From contig NC_043000.1 of the NCBI RefSeq assembly GCF_006345805.1, forward strand, positions 17,422,001 to 17,486,000: DNA of 64,000 nt, read 5' to 3'. The notes below the pieces were generated by a model. It saw nothing but the letters and a program-made list of their open reading frames with translations. It did no database searches and had not been told where the DNA came from. Positions 51,933 through 64,000 of this stretch are shown here, one piece after another; positions within the stretch are counted from its first letter, which is position 1; each line of letters begins with the position of its first letter. The stretch comes from Octopus sinensis. Taxonomy: Eukaryota. The translations under genes were made by a program, and so were the position numbers.

Positions 51933-52809
51933 CTTAAAAGTATACAAAGATGATGTCTTTGTATGTTGTCTCGGCAGTCTAGAAAGGGAAAGACCGTGAG
52001 GGAATACAAGGTCATTAGTACAAGTGCAATCACCAGGAGTCCAGCGTCCTAGAATAAACTAGCGCAAAATCAAGAGCTAAGAATGACCCCCACGTCTTAC
52101 CTTCTTGTATCACATACTGTAACAATCAATTTAACGGGAAAATCTGTTTCAAAACAGAAAGAACTGCATAATTACAGCCACAAAATAATATTAATACAAG
52201 TGTATTAATAACTGTAAAAAAAAAAACAAAAAAAATTTTTTAAAGTGAAAAAAAAAAAAAAAAATCTTGCAAATGTATATATGGGGAAACAATAGGTTTT
52301 AACTCACCCTTGTTAACTGCAGGCAGGAACCTTTCAACTAAACTAAGCAGCATGACACAGGGCTTGTGATGGCAACATATTCAGTTTGAGAGAATTTGAT
52401 GTTAAAAAAAAATACAATTCTAGATCCAATGTAATACAATGTTAAAAATTGATAGTTATAAATATTGTTTATAATATTCAAAATGAAACCATTAGTCTGA
52501 AGCAACGATAACAATTACCATTGAAAAAAAAAAAAAAAGAGGAATTATATTTAAAAAAAAACTGAAGATAAAATTTCTGCTGATCACAAGCAATGTGCAC
52601 ACTAAAGTTCTAAAAAAATTGAAATAGTTTAGCATTTTTCAAATGAAACAAATAATAAAACAATCAAATTGATGGTGAAGGAAATTCTGAAAGGCAAATT
52701 ATTAAATTCCAAAATGAATACAAAGTATATCTTCATATATGTATATATATTGTATATATCTATATATACATATAGATATATAAATATATAATTAGCATAA
52801 AATACATAC

Positions 52810-53030
52810 CTATAACACTCTTAGCAAAGGACTTATTTTTCAATGTGGCTAATCCTAAATCTCCTATTTTCACAGATCCAGTTGTTCCTGTTATGAATAT
52901 GTTATCACATTTAAGATCACGGTGAATCACAGGAGGTGTTCTAGTATGAAGAAACAGAAGTCCTTTAAGAATTTGTCGACACCAGTTCTTTAATACTTTG
53001 ATGTTTATTTTTTTAAACCTTTTGATGTAT
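52810..53030 (-). CDS. WNK: WNK kinase exon (catalytic loop [11 protein letters not shown] motif, activation loop)
   Basis: (T)[73 protein letters not shown](G). Boundaries ctag/gtatgt, 221 nt. DLG in place of DFG is diagnostic of WNK. Confidence 0.98.
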
Positions 53031-53194
53031 CTAGAAATAGAAAATGAGAAAAATACTCATAGCTGGTATGTGCGTGTGTGTGTATGCAATTCCAAATTCA
53101 GCAGTAATGTCTTAACTTCTAGGTTTATAGAATTGTAAGTGTTGGTGTAAAAATTTTTTAAGATGCTGTTGTTCTATTATATACAGTTCTATGT

Positions 53195-53585
53195 GTGGAG
53201 GCGCAATGGTCCAGTGGTTAGGGCAGCGGACTCGCGGTCGTAGGATCGCGGTTTCGATTCCCAGACCGGGCATTGTGAGTGTTTATTGGGCGAAAACACC
53301 TAAAAGCTCCACGAGGCTCCTGCAGGGGATGGTGGTGATCCCTGCTGTACTCTTTCACCACAACTTTCTCTCACTCTTACTTCCTGTTTCTGTTGTACCT
53401 GTATTTTTTCAAAGGGCCGGCCTTGTCACTCTCTGTGTCACGCTGAATATCCCCGAGAACTACGTTAAGGGTGCACGTGTCTGTGGAGTGCTCAGCCACT
53501 TACACGTTAATTTCACGAGCAGGTTGTTCTGTTGATCGGATCAACCAGAACCCTCGTCGTTGTAACCGATGGAGTGCTTCCATCC
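53195..53585 (+). mobile_element. tRNA-derived SINE (second family) with 12-bp target-site duplication
   Basis: Head GGAGGCGCAATGGTCCAGTGGTTAGG...GGTTTCGATTCCC (A/B boxes). ACAGTTCTATGT is repeated at 53183-53194 and 53586-53597. Confidence 0.93.
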
Positions 53586-53694
53586 ACAGTTCTATGTATG
53601 CTATAGGGATTGTTAGTCTTACTGGGAGGTACAGATTTTTTAAGTAGTTTTGGAATGTGCAGTTGATTATAAGTTACTATAAAGAAAAACTTAC

Positions 53695-53870
53695 GTTTTC
53701 AGTGTCCCAGAAGTCATCAGTTCAGTTACTAGAATAATTATTTTTCGACCTCGGGTATTGGTTTCTTCCCATGAATCATAAAACCGTACAATATTTGGAT
53801 GTTGTAGGTCTTTTAACATTTCTGCTTCTTCTCGGAAACGTTGTTTTTCACTTTTATTCCATTTTTTATC
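53695..53870 (-). CDS. WNK: WNK kinase internal exon (kinase N-lobe, alphaC to hinge); first WNK exon visible in window
   Basis: Translates [58 protein letters not shown](T). Acceptor tttag, donor gtaagt, 176 nt, phase 0 to 2. Closely matches the WNK-family signature. Confidence 0.97.
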
Positions 53871-54964
53871 CTAAATAAAAGAAAAATTTAATATCATTAA
53901 ATTACAATGACTCAACCACTGTACCAACATAAACACATTGTATTAAAAGCTACAAAAAAGAAATCATAAACAAGAGCAAGTTATAAACAAAAACTACTTT
54001 CAAAGTCAACAATTATTGAAATAAATTATAATTTTTAAAGGCTTTCTTAAAAACAGGACAAAATAAAAGGTGATATGTTCTCAAATTATTTGCAGTCAAT
54101 AAGATCTGAGTAAGTCTCGCAAAAAATAAAACATTGTAAAATTGAGAATCATTTTCAAACTATAAAATGAAAACCTTCTGATTTATAATAAAAATGAGTT
54201 AATCATTAGCACAAAGCTACATATTTGAAAATGAAAATTTATAGACAATTGAATCAACAGCAGTATAGATTCTAAAAGAGTGAAGAATATCCTAAGAGAT
54301 ACTTCAAAGCGATGAAAAACAAGATTAGTCCCAGTAACATTTTAAAGAAGAATATAGAGGGCCAAAAGTAAATACTGTAAAACATTTACTCCAGCACTCT
54401 ATGTAAAGAGACCTTCTCAAGTTGCTCAGAAATCCGGAAGTTTCTTCAGGTCAAGCCACAATTTCTCTACATTGCGAGGTTACAGATCTGGTACTATGGA
54501 TATGTAATTACAATGTTGCAGGATTCTGGCAAGACACTTAGCGGTAGACCAAAAATGAGATGATTGAATAATATCCATAGTCTCAGTTGGTCATAGCTGA
54601 GAATCCAGAGGGAAGTCTAATGATAGGACCTTGTAGATGAGGTGTCTGAGAACTCTACCCCCATGATCCCTCCTCCCAGGAATAGCAGACAGAGAAGATG
54701 GAAGGCTGGATACAATGTTCTGCTTGAAAACTTATCAAAATTAATGCTATTCTATGTGATATCAGTAAAGGCAATCATACCTAGCTTGATAACCATCTCG
54801 CTACTTTGTCCAACTATGAGCACTATCCCTCTTTAAGCACCTGGATCAAAAGTTTCCTGCCTAACAAGTACATGCACTGCAAACTGACAGGCTCCATCAA
54901 TCCAACAATAAAGTTAAAGTTTGTGAAGAGTTATACAAGCTGCATACAGGTGCAATCAGCAAAG

Positions 54965-55520
54965 AGAGAGTGAGCATGTTCAGTGATGAATTTAGCATGA
55001 AAGTAAGGATCTACAAGGGCTCAGTCCTCAGCCCACTTCTATTTATTATAATAAAGGAGTTTATGGCTAGTTGCCAGCGGGAACTCTTGTATGCTGATAA
55101 CCCTGTTCTTATAGCAGAATCTGTGGACAATTTGGAGAAGAAATTTTAAACATGGAACAAAAGCTGGAACTGAAGGAGCTTAAAATAGACTTACTCAAGA
55201 CTAAAGTTATGTTAAACAGAAAAGGAAAGAAATGTAATGATGGATTATAGATGAGTAGAGGAAAATGATGATTATAAAATGAATTAGATGCAGCATGCAA
55301 GAAGACTACATTGGTATAAGCATGTGATGAATATTGATAATGACAGCTGTGTAAGGTGATGAGCATTGAAAGTGGATGGAATCTATGAAAGAGAAAAACT
55401 TAGAGAGCCATGGGATGAAGTAATAAAGACTGATCTCAAGATGCTAGGCCTAACAAAAACGATGACAAAGAATTGCTAGGTTAGCAGCATGTAGTGTTAG
55501 AGAAAACCCACTCTCATACA
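54965..55520 (+). mobile_element. Decayed, internally deleted RTE reverse-transcriptase fragment
   Basis: gggctcagtcctcagcccacttctatttattata...gaactcttgtatgctgataac...gactaaagtt aligns to 46555-46770; the later part aligns to 47370-47560. Confidence 0.72.
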
Positions 55521-55737
55521 AGCACAGCAAAAAGAACACTAAAATAAGAGCAGTGGTGGTGGTTGTGAAGCTCTTGCTGCTTTCAGTCTTTGACTACCAC
55601 TGCCTCTCTTCCAACATCGTTTCCAACATCTCTACAAATTCTTATCTTCTTCTCTCTAACTATATACAGACAAGCACACAATTTACACACACACAAACAT
55701 GTACAAGTGTGTGTGTGTGTGTGTGTGTGTGTACACG

Positions 55738-56070
55738 TCATTTAACATCTATTTTCCATGTTGGCAAGGGTTGGACAGTTTAACAGGGGCTGGCTAGGTA
55801 TAAGACCAGGCTTCACTGTTTTGGCAGGGTTTTTATGGTTGGATGCCCTTCCTAACACCAACCACCTTACAGATACACACACACACACATAATATATCCA
55901 GCCCCTTGAAAGGCTCTTGACTGGTGAGTCACATTGCTTAATGACCTCACTGATGCTGGTGCCATTGCCAAAGCAGACTTTAGAGTTTGGCAGAGTCCTC
56001 TGGCTCGCCAGCTTCTGTCAAACCATCTAATCAATGCCAACATGGAAAATGGACATAAAATGGCAATGAT
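55738..56070. repeat. Inverted pair of RTE-tail short elements
   Basis: 55738-55870 is a minus-oriented tail (tttccatgttggcaagggttgga); 55960-56070 is plus-oriented (atgccaacatggaaaatgga). Confidence 0.65.
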
Positions 56071-58215
56071 TACACACACAATGTGTGTGTTAGTAAACAC
56101 TGCAAAGCTGCCATATTTTGTCCTGGAGAGACTCCTTTAAAGATTTATTTTCTTTTTAAAGGGAGTGAAGCAAAATGAACTACAAATAGATTTCAAATGT
56201 ATATTCCACTGAAGTGACATGCTGAGCTAGATGCATGTTAAGCAACTAATCTATTCTCACAATTACCAGGATACCAATGTAGAACATTGCAATTATTATG
56301 GCAATTATTTTCTAATTCCTAAACCCCTGAACTCCACTTTATGGAAACCAAAACAGTCTACTATAAGAGTGTCTTTTCGTAACTTTTATGGTGCAAGCAG
56401 TGAATTGGCAGAGTTCTTAGAACATTGGGTAAAATGTATTTATTCTGGTACTCTATGCCCTCAAGTCCAAATACTGCCAAACTGATTTTACCTTTCATCC
56501 CTTCAAGGTTGTAAAATAATGTACTAGTCAAGTTCAATGGGTGTTTTCCCTCTCTCTTGGAATCAGCTTCATTAAAGTGATCAAGAACAGATCATTCCAA
56601 TCATTAGATGCCCATCAAGCCTTTCACAATCAGAGTGGTGAAAGGATTAGTGGGGCTACAACAGTGTGGTAGAACAAACTCTTTTTAACATTTCAATTAA
56701 GACAACTTTGAGCAAAAAAGAAAAAAAAAAACTATTGAAATAGATGATAGCTTTGACCTCCAGTTCAACTATACTATTGTTTGTAATAACTACTATTAGC
56801 TTTCTCAAAAGCAATGCTATTTATAAAAGTTTTCTCTAAGCTTGAAATCTTCTCATCAAAGACCTTGAACCTTTTTAAAACTGTCTTCAATTTTTAATAC
56901 TCTTGCATCATGTGTATGTATCTCTAACCTCCTAAACCTGTATTCAGGCCTTACAAGAATTTTTACATTGTTCCTGAATTTTTTTTTTATTTGTTATCCT
57001 TTAAATTTCCTAAGGGTATATAAGGATTACCTTATATAATCATAGAATAGCGTATGTCCATTCATAAATTTTCATTACTTATTGAACATATTTCATATGT
57101 ATAAAGCTCAACATGAAATAATCAAACTACTTATTGACTTTACCATTCTCAGTTCAAATCTTACCAACGGTAATTTATGAAGTTGATTACATAAGTATCA
57201 ATAATATATTGAATGTAGGCCATTACTGGGGTTTGCTTTTAAACAATCAGTAACCTAATAGTTGGCATCACTATAGAGCTCTGTAGAAGAAAGACAAGCA
57301 CAGTTTGACCACGCAAAAACCCACATTTTGGTTGATCATTTTCATGTCAAAATACATTTTTTTAGTGAACAATTATATAACATTTGAAAGTTCTGGATGT
57401 GAACTTTTATCGTTAATTTTCACTTAAAATCTTTTTGGATGCTCTCCAAGGAAAAACCAAAAATACAGAAGTTAGATTTCGATATTTTCAAAGATTCATA
57501 GTGATACCTACTACTGGTATAAAAATGCTAAGTTAGGTAGACTAATAAAATAAAGGTTAGGAATTGAGACCTTATTGCAATTATTACTTATTCTTTATGC
57601 AAACTTTGTACTTGCTTCAGTCTACACCGCGAAAATGGTTTTTATTCTCTTTAACACTAAGGGAAACTATAAAGGGAAAATAAGATACAGTCACAAACTT
57701 TACTAAGATATATTTGAGATTGTAGTTTCTGTAATATAGAAAATGTATGTTTCTTCTTTGGTCACGAGATACAAATAAGCAACAATAATGATAATTATGC
57801 ACACATTTTCATATAGTAGATTTGTTTGCAGTAGAAACAAATAACACTAATTTTAGAATGTCCAAAATGATTACAACAAAAGCTATTAAATATATTTTTA
57901 TCCTAGCAACAAAGTCTATCAAATCAAAATTTATCAAAACTTATATGAGAGAAATTACAAAGCAATTATGCTCTTTTATGTCATTTGTACAAGCAACAAA
58001 AATCTAGCTTCAGAGGATTTTTTTTTTTATTGTTGTATTGGGAATTATGATACCCAATTACACTTCTGAGAGTGCTAATAAACTTGATATGTGAAGCAGA
58101 ATATCAGAGTAAATGTATCAAGATTCTTCTGAGTTCAAAACCTGCTTAAGAAGTAATCTAGTTGACAAACTAAGAACTAATAAAATATTGATGGTCAATT
58201 CATATGACTGTGTAC

Positions 58216-58610
58216 TTACTCTTTACTCTTTTACTTGTTTCAGTCATTTGACGGCGGCCATGTTGGAGCACCGCCTTTAGTCGAGCAAATCGATCCCAGG
58301 ACTTATTCTTTGTAAGCCTAGTACTTATTCTATCGGTCTCTTTTGCCGAACCGCTAAGTTACGGGGACGTTCACACACCAGCATCGGTTGTCAAGTGACG
58401 TTGGGGAGGGGGGGACAAACACAGACACACACATACATATATATACAACGGGCTTCTTTCAGTTTCTGTCTACCAAATCCACTCACAAGGCATTGGTCGG
58501 CCCGGGGATATAGCAGAAGACACTTGCCCAAGATGCCACGCAGTGGGACTGAACCCAGAACTATGTGGTTGGTAAGTAAGCTACTTACCACACAGCCACT
58601 CCTACGCCTA
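58216..58610 (-). mobile_element. tRNA-derived SINE, full length
   Basis: Same family as 30731-31116 and 34731-35137. Confidence 0.92.
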
Positions 58611-59615
58611 TGAAAGAAAAAAAAACTGATCTAGAACCAAGCCCAACATAATCTTTCAAGTGTCATAAAAAGCTGCTAAATAAGGAAGCGAGAATTCTTC
58701 ACACTGGGTTACTTATAGAAATAAAATTTGCTAATGCATGTTGAAAGGAAGAAAATAAAGTAAAAAGCTGCATCTTGCAGCTTTTAAGTTATTTACTTAT
58801 GAAACCAAATTTTTCATTTCAAATAGGAATTATCTGTAATAGCATATTATAATAATGAGCAGAAAGAGAATGTGCTGAAATTCAGCACATTGTCTTGAGT
58901 TCACATCATGATCATATAGTGAGCAAAGACAATACAAAATGCACTTTTTGGCTGTAAAAAATGCAAAAAGAAAAAAATATATAAAAGAGCCTCTTGCTTG
59001 CTCGTTAACATTTACACACACACACACACATTGTCTATCAGCTAATAATAGATATTTCCAAAGCCAAAAGGAACTGAAAATTATCAAGATGTGTGTATGT
59101 ATATAAATATATACATACACACATATCAGTTTCAAATTTTGGCACAAGTTTGGCATTGGGGAAGGTACAACTCCAGTGCTCAGCTGGTACTTATTTTACT
59201 GACCCTGAAAGGATGACAAACAAAGTCAGTCCCAGCAGCATTTAATACAGAATATAAGCATTTTTCTAAGTGTGCTAGCAATTCTGCCAGCTCATTGCCT
59301 TCACACATACATTTATACCTTACCATCACGTCTCAATGCTTGCACAGGTCAGCTGGAATTTGCTGAAGCAGACTTTCTACAGTTGTATGCCATTCCTGTC
59401 ACCAGCCCTCACCTGTTTCCAAGCAAGGTAATATTTCCTCATGGCCAGACTTCTATTCACAGAAGATTGCAAATGAAAAACACTGCTTTTATGGTGACAG
59501 CTGTTTTACAGCAATCATGCTATGGCAAGACAAAGGAGATGCAAACCCAAAGGCGCGCACACACACACACACACAGACCCGTCAAATTTTTTAGCAATAT
59601 TTGGATATGTGCTAG

Positions 59616-60785
59616 TTTGTGGTAGGTATGAATATCATGCGGCTGAAGCAGTTCAAGCTGTGTAAAGTGCCCACTGAAGTTGGTAGCATCATGCACTAAC
59701 ATATGCATTGCTTCACAGTGTGAGATTTGAAAGTTGCAAAGACGAATGTGCGATGTAGTCAAATTCAGGAACTTATGCTTTACAAATTCATGTAAATGTC
59801 ATGGAAGCAACCCAAAACATTGCGTGAAAGGTGAAGGCACAGTTAATCACACTCCAGTAACCAGATGGTTCAAGAAATTTCACCCATTCCAGTTGCAAAA
59901 ACCTCGATGAGCAGGCAAGATCAGGTAGGCCTAAAACCATGGATTCCAAGGCTGTACACCAAGCCATAGAGGCAAATCCAGTGGGTAGCACCTGGAGGGT
60001 ACCAGGTGAGCTTGGCATCTCACAGTCCAGTGTGGTTCATCATCTCCACAACTTTGACAAAAGCATCCAGAGTGGCCAAATTGTGTCTCATGAATTGACC
60101 CCAACAAAGAGGCAGATGGACTGTAAGGAACTCCTAGAAAACCCATATGATCTGTGTTTCCTCAAGAGGATAATAATGTGCAATGAAAAGTGGATATATT
60201 TTCCCACAATCCTTACATGCATAAGCAGTGGTTAAGCAAGGGCCAGCTTCTAGAACCTGTTGCCAAGCAATGGGTGTTTCAAACACAAGGTGATGCTCTG
60301 CGTCTAGTGAAGTTGAGGGGATAATGCACTGCAAATTTGTTTTGGACAGTCAAACCAACAATGTCAATCTACATTCTGAACAGCTGTATGCTATTGCACA
60401 GCAAAAATACCTGGCATTGGTTAACAGAAAGTAAGCTCTTCTGCAGCAATTCAACACATACAGCTTGAATGATCTGGAATAAACTCCAAAAGCTTGAGGG
60501 AATCGCAGTCCAGACCTAACTCACTTCCTGCACTCATGATGCTTCATCAACCAAGAGGGGGTGGAAGCTTCAGTGAAGGAGTTTTTCATCTTGAAAGACA
60601 AGAACTGTTATCAGCATGGGATCAAAGAACTAGCAGAAAGGTGGTTTCAGACAGTAAAACATGATGGCCTCTACTTTGGATGCTAGGCTGCTTTTGCTGT
60701 AACTTGACAAATAAAGCAAATACATAGCCATGATGCAATTTTAGATAAGTGAATGTACAATTGAAAACTTATACATACCACAATA
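59616..60785 (+). mobile_element. Decayed near-full-length mariner element
   Basis: Remnants of TRWFKKF, RSGRPK, VSHELT (WVPHEL-like), FLKRIIMCNEKWIYF (first D region), KVMLCV and GIKELAERWFQTVKHDGLYF. Degenerate inverted termini tgtggtaggtatg / atacataccacaata. Confidence 0.8.
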
Positions 60786-60887
60786 TCAATTTTCTTTATA
60801 TAAATAGTCCTTGAGAATAATTTCTTTTCCTTGGATTCATAAGAAAATAAATACAACCAAAATATTTTCTGATAAAAAAAAAAAAAC

Positions 60888-61266
60888 TGAGAATAGGCAG
60901 GGTGATCAACCAGTTCAAAGCCATAGTTACGCACAGCAGCCATTGAAACAAAGGGTTTGTGTGCTGGAGCACTGTCCTGATGAAACAAGATCCCTTTCGT
61001 CAGTTTTCCTGGGCATTTGGTCCTTGATAATCTTTTATAACTACCTCAGCAAGTTAGTATAGTAATCTCTATTGATGGTGTAGTCCTTTTGAAGATAGTC
61101 AATAAACACAATACCTTTTACACTCTAAAAAACTGAGACCATCAACTTCTCAGCAGATGAAATGCCCATGGCTTTCTCTGGAGTAGGTGAGGAGGGGGGT
61201 GTTTCCACTGCAGGGATTATCTCTTTGTATCTGGCTTAAAGTGATGAACCCAACACTCATCCTGGC
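60888..61266 (-). mobile_element. Second mariner transposase fragment (catalytic domain)
   Basis: QDECWVHHFKPDTKR..QWKHP..KLMVSVF...KGIVFIDYLQK...FHQDSAPAHKPFVSMAAVRNYGFELVDHPAYS. Confidence 0.85.
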
Positions 61267-64000
61267 TTAGAAAACATTCAAAGAAACCAGTTGTGATCTA
61301 ATTCTGACTTAGTCAATTTTTCAGAAACATCCATGAAAAACATTATTCAATTAATTCACTAAAGAAATTTTGTAGTACAATTAATAACCTTCCACAGGAA
61401 TTGTAATCATAAAATATTATGAAAACAGTATTTTTACAGAACTTAACAAGATATTAAAACCTTAAGCTCTCTCTATTAATTCATGTCAAATTATCAAAGA
61501 GATTCAGTTTCAATTCTAAAAATGAATAGGGAAAAAAAAAGTTGAAAAAGAACTGCTCTAAAAATGAAATATATACTTGAAATCTTAACTTTTCTGAGAG
61601 TATCAACAATTATAACTATCGAAAACAAAGCAGATAAACTTTTGACAATGTAAGTAAATTTTTTAACAAGAAGTTTCTTGGATAGATTGATAATATTAAA
61701 AATGCTTTTGTCAAGTGATGTTAATTGAAAGAATTATACTAATCAGCTGGGATGAAATGAATGAAAATGAATAGGATTTTAGTGTGATAAATGAAAATTA
61801 AAACTTTCATTCTACCACCTTGTTTGTTTTATGCTCATTATATCTTTATTATAGACTTCAAAAGTAACTGTTTAGCAATTACTAAATTATCAAATCTATT
61901 CAGCTTTAATTTTTCCCTCTGTACAAACTGATACCTCACATAGTCTCTCTACCAGTGGTTATTAATCTTTCGCTTCATGACACTTTGAAGATCAAACAAA
62001 ATATTATTGGTGCACTTAGCATACAAAGTTTTAAAACTTCAAGTGCACTTCACATGAAAGTTAAAAATATTATCATTAACTGCACTAGTTAATGGATACA
62101 ACACGATAGAATCAGAACTTACTGATCCATTATTAGTTACTTTCATTTCAGGTGGAGCGCCATATAATTCCCATCAGGTTGTTGGTTGAAAGGAAAATAT
62201 CTCAAAATGACTGAAACTGTTTGAACAAAGCTAAATCTAAGCATTTTGTGGTCAGAGACCAACATAGATAATACTACACAAGCAATCAGAGTGACATTTC
62301 AATCAGCAAAATAACACTGCTGAGACAAGTGATTCATGTAGCCCTGACCTAAAGACAGAATTGCATAAATAGGTTCTGTTACTAAGCTGATTTAATCAGA
62401 GCTGATAGAAAATTTTAGAATAATGGTTTCTAATTGATACAGAGTACTAACCAGTGTGTCACAAGAATATTTAAAATATAAATCTAATGCTCTTACTTTA
62501 TAAATGGTTAATTTAAATAAATGTAGTTTGAATGGCAACAGGTCTTAATTCATACACTAATTTTTAAAGGTAACCAGATGTTCAAGTGAGTGACTTTTAA
62601 ATAGTTAACAGAAAAAAAAAACCAAAACAAAAAACCCCTTGTAAAAGCAGGATGGTTATTTATGATGAATTTAATGGATAAAATAAAATAGAAATTAACT
62701 GAATTAAAAGGATCTGATAATTTCTCATAAAATCTATACACACTGGTTAGTGACATGCAATATATTGTAAAAGATATGGGTTTTGAAAAAAGGAACCAAG
62801 TGAAACAATTCACATAGAAGAAAATGCTGACATCAAAATGAATGACGTTTAAAGAAATTATACAATTCAGCAAACTCAATTTTGATGAATACATATATTT
62901 TACATAAATTTCCATACACTAAACATTAATTCATTTGTAATGAATGTTTTCTTTACATAAAAATGCTGCCAAAGGTATTTTACGAACATATATTAAACAT
63001 ATATGTATATAACTGAATGACAGAGGTGGTCTATTTATTTTAAATGATGGAAAAAGAAAAACCAAAATATAATTTGTCAGTAATAATTCAGATTAAAATT
63101 TCTGATTTTTAATTAAACGTTTACAACTACAGCTTATCAAAATTTACTTATGCCACTAACAATATTTTTACTCTTATTGATGATAGTGATAATGATTAAA
63201 TAATTGAAATAATGACATCGGGAGGAATAGCATTCCTTGTCCTGAAGTCTATTTATAAAATACTGATAGGTTTAGAAAGATATTAAAAGAAAAATGTATC
63301 AAGAAGGTTGAATGCTTTCTCACAGTGATACAGAAATATATTTGATATTGAAAAAAAGAAATTTAAAAAAAACTGTTCTGTATTGAATTTTATGTTGTGG
63401 TGACATCAAGATGATAGAGATATCACGCAGAAAGAGTAATTTGTGTGCGATTTCCCATTAAATGAGAGAGTATGTATGTGTGTATGTTCAGGCATTCAGT
63501 ATAATCCACATCTTGAACTTTCCCCTCACCTTCTGATGTAGGCAGAAATGTCAAAAAGAGGGAGTGGAATAAAAAAAAGAAAACTAAGTGGGGCAAAGCA
63601 TTGAATAGTAATTTCATATTCAAAACAACCACCCCAACCCTCAATAGTCACTCAGACAGCTATGTTCAATGAGCAACATCAAATGTGAATGTGTGGGTGT
63701 TACTACTAAGTCAGCTCTACACAGCTTTGCTAAGTAACCAGCCTCGTCTTAGAGAAAGTAATGCAGAATAGGAGTTAGAGCATTACATAAAACTACAGTA
63801 AATAAAACATCTGAAGAAAGCATGTAGTAGATGAATGAAACAAGATGTAGTAATATACTAAGCATAACATTTTCCAATTAAAAAAAAAAATTCCTATTTT
63901 AGCTTGATGTATTGAGTGAGTGTTAGTTATAATGTCCCAATCCATGAAATTTACATAAAATTTGACAACTCATTACCAAGTACCCACCACCTCCTCAGTA

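Noticed and set aside
53197-53275. tRNA gene
   Set aside because: Has A/B boxes but no closing acceptor stem, continues into a 390-bp body and is flanked by a TSD; it is a SINE head.
53871-64000. First WNK coding exon or promoter
   Set aside because: No GRGSFKTVY/VAWCELQ-like sequence or CpG-island-like region found by eye on the minus strand; treated as a long intron continuing beyond the window.

Overview
Eukaryotic, AT-rich, microsatellite- and transposon-dense genomic DNA. The SINE families and composition point to an octopod cephalopod (inference). The window is almost entirely one minus-strand WNK (With-No-lysine) Ser/Thr kinase gene. I reconstructed 17 coding exons by hand (53870 down to the stop at 8964). 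All have AG/GT boundaries and compatible phases, and they total 5352 nt (1783 aa plus stop). The first coding exon (Gly-rich loop and the displaced catalytic Lys) was not found and probably lies beyond 64000. The protein has the kinase domain with the WNK-specific DLG motif, two CCT-like/PF2 domains, a long Q/S/P/T-rich disordered region with three RFxV motifs, and a C-terminal coiled coil. Introns hold a young 5'-truncated RTE LINE nested in a TTAA-flanked piggyBac remnant, a tRNA-SINE nested in a maT-type Tc1/mariner element, and other decayed mariner/Tc1, CR1/L2-like and RTE fragments. They also hold several SINEs, piggyBac-like MITEs and an inverted pair of Penelope-like repeats with a degenerate hammerhead-like motif. 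No clearly new multi-gene system is visible. The best leads are RNA-level features of the WNK transcript: an exon missed by the ORF track, a putative exon-intron duplex over the activation-loop exon, tandem donors, a possible recursive splice site, possible alternative terminal exons, and a swapped HQ motif.
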